DNA from: Candidatus Omnitrophota bacterium
GTDB taxonomy: Bacteria; Omnitrophota; Gorgyraeia; Zapsychrales; JANLHA01
Assembly: GCA_038222225.1 (NCBI GenBank)
Contig: JBBRHV010000002.1
Span: 12,484-76,483, forward strand
DNA: 64,000 nucleotides
Direction: 5' to 3'
Position 1 is the stretch's first letter. Every line of letters starts with the position of its first letter. A model generated the notes under the pieces. It saw only the letters and a program-made list of their open reading frames with translations. It did no database searches and was not told the origin of the DNA. Below are positions 39,632 to 48,193 of this stretch, in pieces. A program made the translations under genes and the position numbers.

Positions 39632-40576
39632 TTACTCAAATAAACAACTGATCGAAGCCTCATTGTGAATACGATAAATCGCATCAGCCAACAACGGTGC
39701 AATTGTGACCGTTGTAATCTTCGGATTCGATTTTGTCTTTCGGAACGGAATACTGTCTGTAATGACCACCTCTCTTAAAACCTTGCAATCCTGAATTCTT
39801 TGAAGTGCGTTGCCCGAAAGAACGCCATGGCTTACCGCCGCATACACCTCAACGGCGCCCTTTTTACGCAGACTTTCAGCTGCCTCAACCAAAGATCCAG
39901 CCGTCGCAGCGATGTCATCAACAATGACCGCGATCTTATTGCGCACGGCGCCTAAAATATGCATGACTTCTGTTTTTTCAGGGCTTGTCCGACGCTTATC
40001 AACAACCGCCAATGACGCGCCCAAACGCTTCGAATAAGCACGAGCCATCTTAATACTTCCCACATCCGGAGAAACAACCACCAATTTTCTCCGGTCCAGA
40101 TTCTTCGTGCGGAAATAATCGCATAAAGAATTGATCGCGTACAGATGATCCACCGGGATATCAAAAAACCCCTGGATCTGACTCGCATGCAGGTCCATCG
40201 TCAAAACACGATCAGCCCCTGCCCCATAAATCAGATTAGCAACCAGCTTGGCGGTGATCGGAACCCGCGGTTTATCTTTGCGGTCCTGGCGGGCATACCC
40301 ATAATAAGGCAGCACAGCCGTAATTCGCTTGGCAGACGCCCGGCGAGCAGCATCGATAAGAACCAAAAGCTCCATCAAATTATCATTGGCAGGCGGACAT
40401 GTCGGCTGAACAATAAACGTGTCTTTCCCGCGGATATTTTCCAAGATCTGAACGCGAATCTCTCCTTCGCTAAAACGCCCGACCAATGCCTTGGTCAGAG
40501 AAATATGAAGGTTCTTGCAAATCCTTTTTCCAAGCTCCGGATTCGCGTTGCCAACCACAATGGCTAACCCATCCAT
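39632..40576 (-). CDS. prs: Ribose-phosphate pyrophosphokinase
   Basis: FSEGE, YARQDRK, DLHASQIQGFF, VSPDVG, IVDD. Confidence 0.97.
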   Translation of the reverse strand: MDGLAIVVGNANPELGKRICKNLHISLTKALVGRFSEGEIRVQILENIRGKDTFIVQPTCPPANDNLMELLVLIDAARRASAKRITAVLPYYGYARQDRKDKPRVPITAKLVANLIYGAGADRVLTMDLHASQIQGFFDIPVDHLYAINSLCDYFRTKNLDRRKLVVVSPDVGSIKMARAYSKRLGASLAVVDKRRTSPEKTEVMHILGAVRNKIAVIVDDIAATAGSLVEAAESLRKKGAVEVYAAVSHGVLSGNALQRIQDCKVLREVVITDSIPFRKTKSNPKITTVTIAPLLADAIYRIHNEASISCLFE

Positions 40577-40587
40577 GAACCGTCTCC

Positions 40588-41853
40588 TTACTGTTTTATT
40601 TTTCGCTTTCCAACGATCTTTCCCGGAACACCAACCATCACATGATAATCAGGCAATATCTTTTCCTTCGCCACAACACACCCTGCGCCAGTCACCGCAT
40701 GCTTCCCGATTTTTACGGGAGCAACCAAAATAGAATCTGATCCGATAAATGCGCCATCCCCCAGACGGGTCTGGTGCTTATCTTTTCCATCAAAATTCGC
40801 CGTCACAACACCCGCGCCGATATTCACTTCGCTGCCGGCCGTTGTATCACCCAGAAAACTGAAATGTTTCATAAAACTCTTGTCGCCGATCTTTGAGCGG
40901 GAAACCTCCGTAAAGTTTCCAACCTCTACTTGATTCCCGATCCGCGTACCGGGCCGAAAATGCGCAAATGGTCCAATAACGCAATCTTTGCCGATGACAA
41001 CATCCTCTTCGATGACGGTGAATGGCTTAACCACCGTGCCCCGGCCGATCTTCACATCAGCATTGATAAACGTAGTCGCCGGATCCACGATCGAAATTCC
41101 ATCCAGCATAAACCGTTCCAGGATCCTTCGGCGTAAAACAACAGCGGCATTTGCCAATTCAACCTGCGTATTGATCCCCCATCCCTCCTGAGGACTTTCC
41201 GTTTCTATCGTCTCGACCTTAAGGTTGCGCGCAGCCATCACTTCAACAATATCCGTTAAATAAAATTCCTTTTTCTTCGGGTTCATCTGAATCAACGGCA
41301 AGGCCTTCAAAAACGATTCACCCTTAAAACAGTACACGCCCACATTGATCTCTAAAATAGACCGTTCCGCGTTCAGCAGATCTTTGTCCTCCCGAATCGC
41401 CACAGCCCGTCCATCCGCCCCTCGAATGATCCGCCCATAACCAGCAGGATTGCCAACGACTGCCGTCAGCACAGTACAGCTGGCCCCTGTCTGATGATGC
41501 TTTCTGATCACTGTTTTCAGGGTTTCCGTTCTTAACAGCGGCGTATCACCGCAAACGACCAGAACATCCCCTTTAAAATTTTTCAACTTGCTCTCGGCGC
41601 ACCTGACCGCATCTGCCGTTCCCAAAAGTTCCTTCTGCACCAGCGGCTCAAGGTCCGAACCCAAAATGCCTTTAACCTTTTCAGCTTCATGCCCGACGAC
41701 AACATAGGATATCAAAGAACCTGCTGATTGAACCGCCTCGATCACGTAAGACAACATCGGCCGGCCGCATACAGGATAGAGAACTTTGGGTTGATCGGAT
41801 TTCATCCGAGTTCCCTTTCCAGCTGCCAAAATAATTGCGCGCAATTCTTTCAT
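40588..41853 (-). CDS. glmU: Bifunctional GlmU (compact, 421 aa)
   Basis: ILAAGKGTRMKS, GDTPL, GYGRI, EFYLTD, LbH domain with GPFAHFRP and NFDGKDKH. Confidence 0.94.
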   Translation of the reverse strand: MKELRAIILAAGKGTRMKSDQPKVLYPVCGRPMLSYVIEAVQSAGSLISYVVVGHEAEKVKGILGSDLEPLVQKELLGTADAVRCAESKLKNFKGDVLVVCGDTPLLRTETLKTVIRKHHQTGASCTVLTAVVGNPAGYGRIIRGADGRAVAIREDKDLLNAERSILEINVGVYCFKGESFLKALPLIQMNPKKKEFYLTDIVEVMAARNLKVETIETESPQEGWGINTQVELANAAVVLRRRILERFMLDGISIVDPATTFINADVKIGRGTVVKPFTVIEEDVVIGKDCVIGPFAHFRPGTRIGNQVEVGNFTEVSRSKIGDKSFMKHFSFLGDTTAGSEVNIGAGVVTANFDGKDKHQTRLGDGAFIGSDSILVAPVKIGKHAVTGAGCVVAKEKILPDYHVMVGVPGKIVGKRKIKQ

Positions 41854-41882
41854 AAGAAAAATGTATTCCCAAATTCTGTGAA

Positions 41883-42007
41883 GACGAACAGGCCTTTCGG
41901 CTCCCTCGTCGCCAGCTCATCAGTCCCTCAAACGTTCAACTCTTTGTGTATCCCCGCAACACAAGCCCGCTGGCTTATAATGAACGAGGCTTCGAAGTGG
42001 TCGCGTC
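41883..42007 (-). ncRNA. Candidate structured RNA between tRNA-Gln and glmU (family unknown)
   Basis: GC-rich intergenic segment with several complementary blocks (CCUCGUU/GACGAGG, GCCAGC/GCUGGC, UUGUGU/ACACAA, GCC-GAAA-GGC). G-U pairs favour the minus strand. Confidence 0.45.
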
Positions 42008-42013
42008 GAAATA

Positions 42014-42084
42014 CTGCCCGGCCTGGATTCGAACCAGGAATGCGAGATCCAAATTCTCGAGTGTTACCATTACACCACCAGGCA
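42014..42084 (-). tRNA. tRNA-Gln(UUG)
   Basis: Cloverleaf: acceptor TGCCTGG/CCGGGCA, D arm GTGT/ACAC, anticodon stem CGAGA/TCTCG with loop ATTTGGA, T arm CCTGG-TTCGAAT-CCAGG. CCA not encoded. Confidence 0.95.
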
Positions 42085-42117
42085 AGAACTGATTGCCTTT
42101 TTAAAAATCTCTTATTG

Positions 42118-42498
42118 CTATTTATCTGCGGGATTTTGGGCCTCATAGGCCTTCAGCACTTCGGACTGTAAATAATCGCGGAATTCTTGAGTGATCGGAT
42201 GAGCAATATCCCGATGTTCTGCCTTTGCATCACGAACCAAATCCTCTTCCGACGCCGGCTTTAATTCCGCCCCGCACTGATTACAATATTTGCTCCCGAC
42301 TTCATTCTTGAAATTACATTTCGCACACGGGTGCTTCATCTTCCGTGACGGCATAGCAATAAACACTCCGTTCGATCCCTGGATGACTTTGATATTACGA
42401 ATCACAAACGACTGATCAAATGTCACCGTGGCATAGGCCTTAAGCTTTTTATCCTGTCCTTCTTTTGAAAAAACACGGACTTCCGTAATTTTCATCAA
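42118..42498 (-). CDS. spoVG: SpoVG family nucleic-acid-binding protein with zinc-ribbon insertion
   Basis: MKITEVRV, KLKAYATVTFD, FIAMPSRK, HRDIAHPI; inserted CAKC...CNQCG. Confidence 0.93.
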   Translation of the reverse strand: MMKITEVRVFSKEGQDKKLKAYATVTFDQSFVIRNIKVIQGSNGVFIAMPSRKMKHPCAKCNFKNEVGSKYCNQCGAELKPASEEDLVRDAKAEHRDIAHPITQEFRDYLQSEVLKAYEAQNPADK

Positions 42499-42512
42499 GG
42501 AGCATCCCCCTT

Positions 42513-43463
42513 TTAAAAAGTTCTTACGGCAAAAACCTGGCTATAATGCTTACGTAATATGCTTCGCCATTTTTCAGCCTCCGCTTTGGATTTCATCAAA
42601 CCAAATAACGAAGGACCACTTCCAGAGAACGAAACCCCTTGCATCCCTAACGCTTTTAAGCGTTCCTTAATGTCCGCCAATCTTGGACAGACAGAAATAA
42701 TCCCTTGCTCCAAATCATTGAAAAGAAGATCCCTAGACTTATTAATATCTCTTTCCAATAAAGAATGGATAAGGATATTAGCATTACCAGCTGTCTTTGT
42801 CAACCTTTCGATTTTCTTCCCAGTTCTAGCCCGAAAAGACCGTTTTTGCCCATAAACCACCCCTGAATTCTTGCTAAAAACCGAGCTGCTGGTCACCGCC
42901 AACTTCAGCGCGCCATAAACTTTTGGGGTTGGCATCTTAATTCGAGGAACCACCAGTACATGCCAAAGCTTTTTTCTTAAGACAACCGGCTGGATGCGTT
43001 CCCCGCGCCTTTCGCCAATCGCCCAATTGATATTCCAAATGAAAAACGACACATCGCTGCCGATACGGGCCGCGCAGTCTAACAGCTGTTTGCGCGACAA
43101 CCGCAGGTTCCAAAGACGGTTTAATGCGAACAGGGTGGTTGCTCCATTGCTAGAGCCTCCGGCCAGACCGGCCGCCACAGGAATGTTTTTTGTGATCTTC
43201 ACTTCAACGCCCTTGGTCACACCGCAATACTGCTGCAAAAGAGCTGCCGCCTTATACACAAGATTTTGGCTTCCCAAAGGCACGCCGGGATGATCGCAAA
43301 CAATGCGAATCTCCTGCGAAGGCAGTGTCTTAAAATGCATGTCATCACACAGATCAATCCGTTCAAAAAGGGTATGGATATTATGAAACCCATCCACCCG
43401 TCGATTGATCACTTTTAAAATGAGATTTAATTTGGCTGGCGACTGTAACTGTAACACGTTCAT
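42513..43463 (-). CDS. ispE: 4-diphosphocytidyl-2-C-methyl-D-erythritol kinase
   Basis: PAKLNL, IPVAAGLAGGSSN, GSDV, NDLE, SGSGPS. Confidence 0.96.
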   Translation of the reverse strand: MNVLQLQSPAKLNLILKVINRRVDGFHNIHTLFERIDLCDDMHFKTLPSQEIRIVCDHPGVPLGSQNLVYKAAALLQQYCGVTKGVEVKITKNIPVAAGLAGGSSNGATTLFALNRLWNLRLSRKQLLDCAARIGSDVSFFIWNINWAIGERRGERIQPVVLRKKLWHVLVVPRIKMPTPKVYGALKLAVTSSSVFSKNSGVVYGQKRSFRARTGKKIERLTKTAGNANILIHSLLERDINKSRDLLFNDLEQGIISVCPRLADIKERLKALGMQGVSFSGSGPSLFGLMKSKAEAEKWRSILRKHYSQVFAVRTF

Positions 43464-44461
43464 AATGTAGGCAAAGATTTGTCTTGCTCTAAAGGTTTGG
43501 TTTCACCAGGGTTCTCGGCTGTGTCACTGGAAAAAATACCCAAAGCGCGCTGCCAGTATTCATCGGCCTTAACGGAATCTCCCATAGCGCGGTACACCTG
43601 CGAAATGTGCTTAAAAATTTCCGGGTCTTCTAAGGAGCTTAAGGCTTTGCTTAAATTTTCCAATGCCTTCTGATAATCACCCTGCTTAAAGTAAACCCAT
43701 CCCAAACTGTCTAAATACGCGCCGTTTCGAGGATCAATGATCAGCGCCTGGTCAATCATCATTTTTGCCTCGTCCAGTTTAATTCCTTTTTCCGCATATA
43801 AATACCCCAAGGAATTCAAACAGCTGTCATTGGCCGGGTCATACTGCAGAGTTTTCTCGAACATCTCCATAGCTTTCGGCTCATTATCAATCTCAAGATA
43901 AAGCGCCCCTAAAAGAAACATGACATCTGCGTTGTCCGGCTCAAGCGATAACACTGCTTCAAACTGCTGGACTGCCTTGTCATATTCTTTTTGCGAATAG
44001 TACAGCTGCGCAAGATATCCGTAGATTTCAATGTTTTCCGGCTGGGCTTCAACGAATGAAGTCAGAATCGCTTCATACTGTTTTGCGGCCTGATCATAAT
44101 CCTTTTGAGTCGAATAGATCAGTGCCAGCAGATACCGCGCCTGCACATTATTGGCGTCAAACTCTAGCGCCTTCGTCAGATCATCAATCGCCTTTTGAAG
44201 TTTTCCGAGTCTCGCATAATCAGCCCCGAGCCTTAAACGCACGGCATAATTATCCTTATAGCCGGCGGATTTCTGAAACTCCTCAATCGCACGGTCTGTT
44301 TCACCGTAAAGATCATAGACGATCCCCATAGCGTAAAAAGCCAAGCTTTTCGCCTTCGCATCTTGATCTTCCAAAGCCCAGACTGATGGGTTAACTGCAC
44401 ACCCCAGGGCCCATATAATCAAGCTAATCCCAATGATTTTAAGGCAGCGATGAGTGATCAT
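43460..44461 (-). CDS. Exported tetratricopeptide-repeat protein
   Basis: Signal/lipoprotein-like N-terminus; multiple TPRs including LNSLGYLYAE and YLDSLGWVYFK. Start moved to MITHR. Confidence 0.88.
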   Translation of the reverse strand: MITHRCLKIIGISLIIWALGCAVNPSVWALEDQDAKAKSLAFYAMGIVYDLYGETDRAIEEFQKSAGYKDNYAVRLRLGADYARLGKLQKAIDDLTKALEFDANNVQARYLLALIYSTQKDYDQAAKQYEAILTSFVEAQPENIEIYGYLAQLYYSQKEYDKAVQQFEAVLSLEPDNADVMFLLGALYLEIDNEPKAMEMFEKTLQYDPANDSCLNSLGYLYAEKGIKLDEAKMMIDQALIIDPRNGAYLDSLGWVYFKQGDYQKALENLSKALSSLEDPEIFKHISQVYRAMGDSVKADEYWQRALGIFSSDTAENPGETKPLEQDKSLPTL

Positions 44462-44484
44462 CTCGAAATCCCGAATGAGGATTG

Positions 44485-44534
44485 AAAACAAACGCAGAGG
44501 CTCAACCGCCAAACAGCAGCGCTGAGCCTCTTGC
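44485..44534 (-). terminator. Putative intrinsic terminator/attenuator hairpin
   Basis: AGAGGCTCA...TGAGCCTCT stem extended by G-U pairs, followed by TTTGTTTT on the minus strand. Confidence 0.6.
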
Positions 44535-44539
44535 TAAGA

Positions 44540-44641
44540 TTAAGACCAGTCTCTCTTCTTGATATGACGCTTTGACTTTCTGAGCTTCTTCCGCTTGTGA
44601 GTCGTGATTTTTGTTCGCTTACGCTTCTTTCCGCAAGGCAT
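44540..44641 (-). CDS. Small basic ribosomal protein bS22-like (AURKAIP1/COX24 domain), 33 aa
   Basis: Manual translation MPCGKKRKRTKITTHKRKKLRKSKRHIKKRDWS; GGAG SD; fits the MPxGKKRKRxKxxTHKRKK pattern. Not in the ORF track. Confidence 0.88.
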   Translation of the reverse strand: MPCGKKRKRTKITTHKRKKLRKSKRHIKKRDWS

Positions 44642-44659
44642 AGATTTATTTCTCTCCGT

Positions 44660-45541
44660 TTAAAAGATAATTTTGTTTAACGAATATTCAATAATCCCCT
44701 GTGCACCGGCGGCCTTCAATGCCGGAATAATACTACGCACTTTGCTTTCGTGAATCACGGTCTCAACAGCCAACCAACCGCCTTGGCTTAAATGTGAAAT
44801 CGTCGGATTCTGCAAAGAAGTCAACTGCTTTAAAACCTTCTCCAGATTTTTCTCCTCGACGTTGAGCTTCAGACCAACCATACCGTCGGCATCGATCGCG
44901 CCTTTTAACAGCATCGCGATCTGATCCATCTTCTTTTTTTTCCAAGAATCCTTAACCGACTGACGGTTTGCAATCAGTTGAGTGGTCGACTCGCAAATCG
45001 TAGCGACAATCCTCAATTTATTCGCCTTCAAACTGCTGCCGGTCTCTGTCAACTCAACCACCGCATCCACCAAGCCTGCAGCGACCTTCGCTTCCGTTGC
45101 TCCCCAACTGAACTCCACATCGGCCTTAACACCGTTTTCTTTCAAATAATGCTTTGTGACATTGACCAGTTCAGTGGCAATCCGTTTGCCTTCCAGATCC
45201 TTGGCGGACTTGATCTTTGAATTCTCCGGAACAGCCAAAACCCACCGCACCTTCACCGCTGTCTGCTTGGCATAAACCAAATCAGCCAAGGGAAGAACTT
45301 TAGACCCGTTTTCAAGAGTCCAATCCGCCCCGGTAATCCCGCAATCCAAAACCCCGTCTTCAACATAACGCGAAATTTCCTGAGCCCGAAGCAAAACAGG
45401 CTCAATTTCAGGATCATCAATAGAAGGGAAATACGAACGGCCCGAAATATAAATTTTAAATCCAGCCCGCTCAAAGACTTTAATGGTCGCCTCCTGCAGG
45501 CTCCCCTTCGGTAAGCCAAGTTTTAACGTGCCCATAGCCAT
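44660..45541 (-). CDS. hisG: ATP phosphoribosyltransferase (long form)
   Basis: [29 protein letters not shown]; C-terminal regulatory domain. Confidence 0.96.
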   Translation of the reverse strand: MAMGTLKLGLPKGSLQEATIKVFERAGFKIYISGRSYFPSIDDPEIEPVLLRAQEISRYVEDGVLDCGITGADWTLENGSKVLPLADLVYAKQTAVKVRWVLAVPENSKIKSAKDLEGKRIATELVNVTKHYLKENGVKADVEFSWGATEAKVAAGLVDAVVELTETGSSLKANKLRIVATICESTTQLIANRQSVKDSWKKKKMDQIAMLLKGAIDADGMVGLKLNVEEKNLEKVLKQLTSLQNPTISHLSQGGWLAVETVIHESKVRSIIPALKAAGAQGIIEYSLNKIIF

Positions 45542-45607
45542 CCCCTATATAGTCCGCTGGAATATTATATATGCCAGTTCAATGCCTTTAATTAAAAATG
45601 AAGCGTT

Positions 45608-45636
45608 ATTATACCCACAACTTAAAAAAATGTAAA
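45608..45636 (-). promoter_or_regulatory. Sigma70 promoter for hisG and downstream genes
   Basis: TTTACA-17nt-TATAAT. Confidence 0.7.
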
Positions 45637-45686
45637 GATTTTTTCCTGATGCCCAAACTCTAGAATCATAACTCAAAAATGCCCAC

Positions 45687-45715
45687 TTGCCAAACAATCA
45701 ATTGGTCTTTATAAT
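45687..45715 (+). promoter_or_regulatory. Sigma70 promoter for the SurA/PpiD-like gene
   Basis: TTGCCA-17nt-TATAAT upstream of an AAGGAG SD. Confidence 0.7.
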
Positions 45716-45752
45716 ATCACTCCATTCCGTATTCAAACAAGGAGTTTACGCT

Positions 45753-47225
45753 ATGTTGAAAATCTTGCGCAAAGAAGGCGTTATGAAAACCCTTCTCTGG
45801 ATTGTGGCTGTTGTTATTGTGCTCTCATTCGGCATTTTCAGCAATGCCTATTTGCTCAGCGACCGCAATACTAAAATCAAATATGCCGGACGCATCTTTG
45901 GGGAAAAGGTTCAAATCAAAGATTTCTTGAACCAACTGGAGTTCTTAGACGCCTATTATATGATCACAATCCCAAATTATGAACAGCTCCGGCCTCAAGT
46001 GAATCTTGAAGACCGGACATGGGAACGGCTGATCCTTCTACACGAAGCCCGAAAGGAAAATGTTTCTGTCAAAGACGAAGAAGTCATTTCTTACATCAAA
46101 ACTCTCTTTGCCTCCAAAGGAGCGTTCAATCCCGGCTGGTATAAAACAGTTCTTCAGCGTCTTTCTCTCACAGCCCCGCAATTTGAGCACGGCCTCCGCC
46201 AAACTTTAGAAATTGAAAAGCTCTTCGAGCTCAAAACCCTCGGCAGCTCCGTCAGCGATGAAGAAGTCCTGAACGCCTATACACAACAAAACGAACAGGT
46301 TCAAATCGTCTATGCTCTTTTTCCAACAGCAGACTTTTTAATTAAAATGGAAAAAAACGATATCGCCGTTAAGTCGTTCTTTATTGATCACAAATCCGAC
46401 TTTATTCAGCCGCCTTCCATACAAGTCCATTATCTGGCCTTCACAACACCCACCGAACCGGCATCCTCCGCAGCGGCGGAAGACCCGTACGCCCTTGCTC
46501 TAAAAGCAGCCGATCGAATCTTACAAGGCGAAAGCATCTACTCCGTTGCGCAGTCTCTCAACACCCCCGTTGAAGAGACCGGTTTTTTCAATATGAACAA
46601 TGCCAACATCAAACTGGGCTGGTCATTAGATACCATTCAGCGGCTCTATCAAATGCAGCCGCTGGAAGGCGTTGAATTTGTCCCCACGGACTCAGGCTAT
46701 CAGCTTCTGCAGATCAAAGCCAAAAAGGACGCGTATTTACCGGCCTTTGAAGAGGTCAATCAAGAAGCAACTCAATCCTGGGAAGAAGCACAAGCTAAAA
46801 ACCTGGCCAAAGAAGAAGCCATTGCAAAACGCCTTGTGATCATTGAATTTCTTAAACAAAACCCGGCTCAAACCTTTCAGGAAGCGGCCTCCTCTTCAGG
46901 AGTGTTCGCGCAGGAATCGCCTGTTTTTAAAAGAAACGACTATCTGCCAAACCTGGGCATGGCGTCTGAACTTCAGGAAGCAGCGTTCCCGCTCAATGAA
47001 CAATCCATAAGCGAGGCTATTGAAACACCTACTGGTTATGCCTTCTTTAAAGTACTAAAACATATTCCGATCGACCCGGACGCGTTTGAGAAGGAAAGCA
47101 TGATCTTGCGCTCGGAGCTGTTGCGAAAAAAGCAAACCGCTGTTTTCAACGCATACCTTACCAATGTTCTTTCCAAGGCTAATCTCGAAGACGTGATCTC
47201 GGATTGGATGAAAAAGAAAAATTAA
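45753..47225 (+). CDS. PpiD/SurA-N-domain membrane-anchored periplasmic chaperone
   Basis: MLKILRK followed by a TM helix; SurA-N-like LLHEARKENVSVKDEEV; degenerate rotamase-like segment (SEAIETPTGY). Confidence 0.8.
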   Translation: MLKILRKEGVMKTLLWIVAVVIVLSFGIFSNAYLLSDRNTKIKYAGRIFGEKVQIKDFLNQLEFLDAYYMITIPNYEQLRPQVNLEDRTWERLILLHEARKENVSVKDEEVISYIKTLFASKGAFNPGWYKTVLQRLSLTAPQFEHGLRQTLEIEKLFELKTLGSSVSDEEVLNAYTQQNEQVQIVYALFPTADFLIKMEKNDIAVKSFFIDHKSDFIQPPSIQVHYLAFTTPTEPASSAAAEDPYALALKAADRILQGESIYSVAQSLNTPVEETGFFNMNNANIKLGWSLDTIQRLYQMQPLEGVEFVPTDSGYQLLQIKAKKDAYLPAFEEVNQEATQSWEEAQAKNLAKEEAIAKRLVIIEFLKQNPAQTFQEAASSSGVFAQESPVFKRNDYLPNLGMASELQEAAFPLNEQSISEAIETPTGYAFFKVLKHIPIDPDAFEKESMILRSELLRKKQTAVFNAYLTNVLSKANLEDVISDWMKKKN

Positions 47226-47243
47226 GCGCAACGCCACATACAC

Positions 47244-47278
47244 AAAAAAGCCCCGCTTAAAAGCGGGGCTTTTTCTTT
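47244..47278. terminator. Bidirectional rho-independent terminator
   Basis: AAAAAGCCCCGCTT-AA-AAGCGGGGCTTTTT between convergent genes. Confidence 0.92.
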
Positions 47279-47295
47279 GTTTTCTTTTAAACTTT

Positions 47296-47796
47296 TTACT
47301 TTAAAAGAATCTCCTCATAATTCTCCGGAATCGCATGCTCAACCGCACGGACTTTTCCATCTGCGCCGATGAAATACAAAGTCGGAATCCCTGGAATGAC
47401 ATAATCTTCAGACGTCATTTCATCGGGATCAACCAGGACATTCAAATCAAACTTATTGCGTTCCATAAAAGACTTTACCTGCTTAGCGTCCTCTCCCAAA
47501 TCAATAAGGATCACTTCAATGCCTTCCTTATGGATCGCATCAATCTCCTGATTTAGAATTTTTACCTGGCTTCGGCAATGCGGGCACCACGTTGCCCAGA
47601 AAAAGAGAATCGCAGGTTTTCCATCCCGAATCTGTGATAACGTCCACGCCTGTCCATCCAAATCTTTAAGTGTAAATTCCGCAGCCTTCTTTCCGATCAG
47701 AGGATTGCCGAATAATTGAAACTGCGCCCCCGCAACCGACGCCATCAAAGACACTAAAAAGGCCGCCATCAAACTATATTTAAAAATACGCCGCAT
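47296..47796 (-). CDS. TlpA/ResA family thiol-disulfide oxidoreductase
   Basis: Signal peptide, FWATWCPHC, GIPT; GAGGAG SD before MRRIF. Confidence 0.9.
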   Translation of the reverse strand: MRRIFKYSLMAAFLVSLMASVAGAQFQLFGNPLIGKKAAEFTLKDLDGQAWTLSQIRDGKPAILFFWATWCPHCRSQVKILNQEIDAIHKEGIEVILIDLGEDAKQVKSFMERNKFDLNVLVDPDEMTSEDYVIPGIPTLYFIGADGKVRAVEHAIPENYEEILLK

Positions 47797-47824
47797 GAAA
47801 TCCTCCTCGCGAATTTCCCGTTTT

Positions 47825-48142
47825 TTATTTTTGAGTTTGCTCATCAACCCATTTTAAATATTCAGAACTGCCCTCTGCAATTGGCACCGCAATAATTTCC
47901 GGGACAGCGTAGGAATGCTCCAAACAAACAGCCTCTTCAACATCCTTAAAGAGCGCCTGACGTGTCTTTAAAATAAGCAGCGTTTCCTCTGCGCTCTCGC
48001 GTTTTCCCTGCCAGCAAAAAAATGAATGAACCCCCGCAACAATATTGGCACAGGCGATCAAATGTTTGTCCAAAAGAAGCGTGCTGATCTTTTCAGCCTC
48101 TTCTTGAGTTGAACATGTCACGAAAATGACAATATGTCCCAT
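47825..48142 (-). CDS. cutA: Divalent cation tolerance protein CutA
   Basis: LIACANI, WQGK, HSYAVPEII, YLKWV. Confidence 0.94.
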   Translation of the reverse strand: MGHIVIFVTCSTQEEAEKISTLLLDKHLIACANIVAGVHSFFCWQGKRESAEETLLILKTRQALFKDVEEAVCLEHSYAVPEIIAVPIAEGSSEYLKWVDEQTQK

Positions 48143-48193
48143 AAAACCTTCTCTGTATTTAGTCGCAAAATCCGCTTAAATCTTACCCGCGCG

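Noticed and set aside
41833-41846. AATTGCGCGCAATT palindrome
   Set aside because: It lies inside glmU codons (ELRAI), with no promoter context.
41883-42007. Assignment as glmS ribozyme, hammerhead, HDV/theta ribozyme, or SAM-I, TPP, purine, ZTP or lysine riboswitch
   Set aside because: Only isolated words match (GACGAGG, CUGAUGA..GAAA, GAGGGACUG, UAA..GCCAGCG). The required partner helices and conserved cores are missing or in the wrong order.
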